Assembly: GCF_964355755.1 (NCBI RefSeq)
Contig: NC_092670.1
Coordinates: forward strand, 5,384,201 to 5,448,200
DNA length: 64,000 nt
Source of the DNA: Antedon mediterranea
Lineage: Eukaryota > Animalia > Echinodermata
Direction of reading: 5' to 3'
Each line of letters opens with the position of its first letter. Within the stretch, counting starts at the first letter, position 1. The position numbers and the translations under genes were made by a program. This document shows positions 63,452 through 64,000 of this stretch, one piece after another. The notes under the pieces were generated by a model, which did no database searches, was not told the origin of the DNA, and worked only from the letters and a program-made list of their open reading frames with translations.

Positions 63452-64000
63452 TTTGTTTTAATCACTAGTCAAAATATCTGTAAAAGTAATAACAAAAAGC
63501 TTGGTTAAATTTATTTATTTAAAACTATTATATTAGCATTCAGTTTAACCATACATACTAACTGTATGTATTTGAGTACAGTATTCTCAAATATGTCAGT
63601 TATTAGATCACAGATACTGTAGATAAATTGGTTGGTATCCATGAAAAAGCAAAAAAAAACCACATTTTTATTTACTTTAACTATCAACAAAATTTATTAC
63701 AGAAATGACCAAAGATATGTTTAGATCCACAATCACATCTTAATAGCAATATTATTAAAAAATTGTTTACAAATTTACAAACTAAAGTATCACAAATTGG
63801 GGCAATCACCTGATATGCAACAGTAAATTTGATCGGTTGGAGGTCAAAATCATGATGACTATCATATTGTAAGTGCTGTATCTAATCTAATACCTTGAGA
63901 TTTCATAAAGAACAAGGAAGAAATGCCTGTTCAGACCTAGTTTTGTACACAGTACAACACCAAAGAAAAGAGTGCATTGTAATTCAATTCAATATTTGTA

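Overview
AT-rich, intron-containing animal genomic DNA. It looks like an invertebrate, possibly a deuterostome such as an echinoderm, but the taxon cannot be fixed from sequence alone. Genes reconstructed by hand from splice sites and reading frames: CCDC127 (minus, 945-1700, 2 coding exons), a 17-finger C2H2 ZNF (minus, 6738-9344), a minisatellite-like array of about 36 C2H2 fingers broken by a frameshift (plus, ~20064-23410), a 21-finger two-cluster ZNF (plus, 24095-26926), a complete 19-exon NPC1 (plus, 29536-48093, 1345 aa) and a 9-coding-exon SLCO4-like OATP transporter (minus, 54055-63451, 689 aa). Non-coding DNA holds a perfect 14-bp array, a 75-bp minisatellite, LINE remnants and many MITEs (Kolobok-like TTAA, Tc1/pogo-like TA, Harbinger-like TWA, and 8-bp-TSD foldbacks). 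The most unusual signal is two classes of apparent DNA-transposon excision scars at TA sites. TA-CAG/CTG-TA occurs throughout and one copy frameshifts the ZF array. TA-GGCC-TA (with TA-GGC-TA and TA-GCC-TA) is strongly enriched, mostly near inferred gene 5' ends, and shows up as insertions when repeat copies are aligned.
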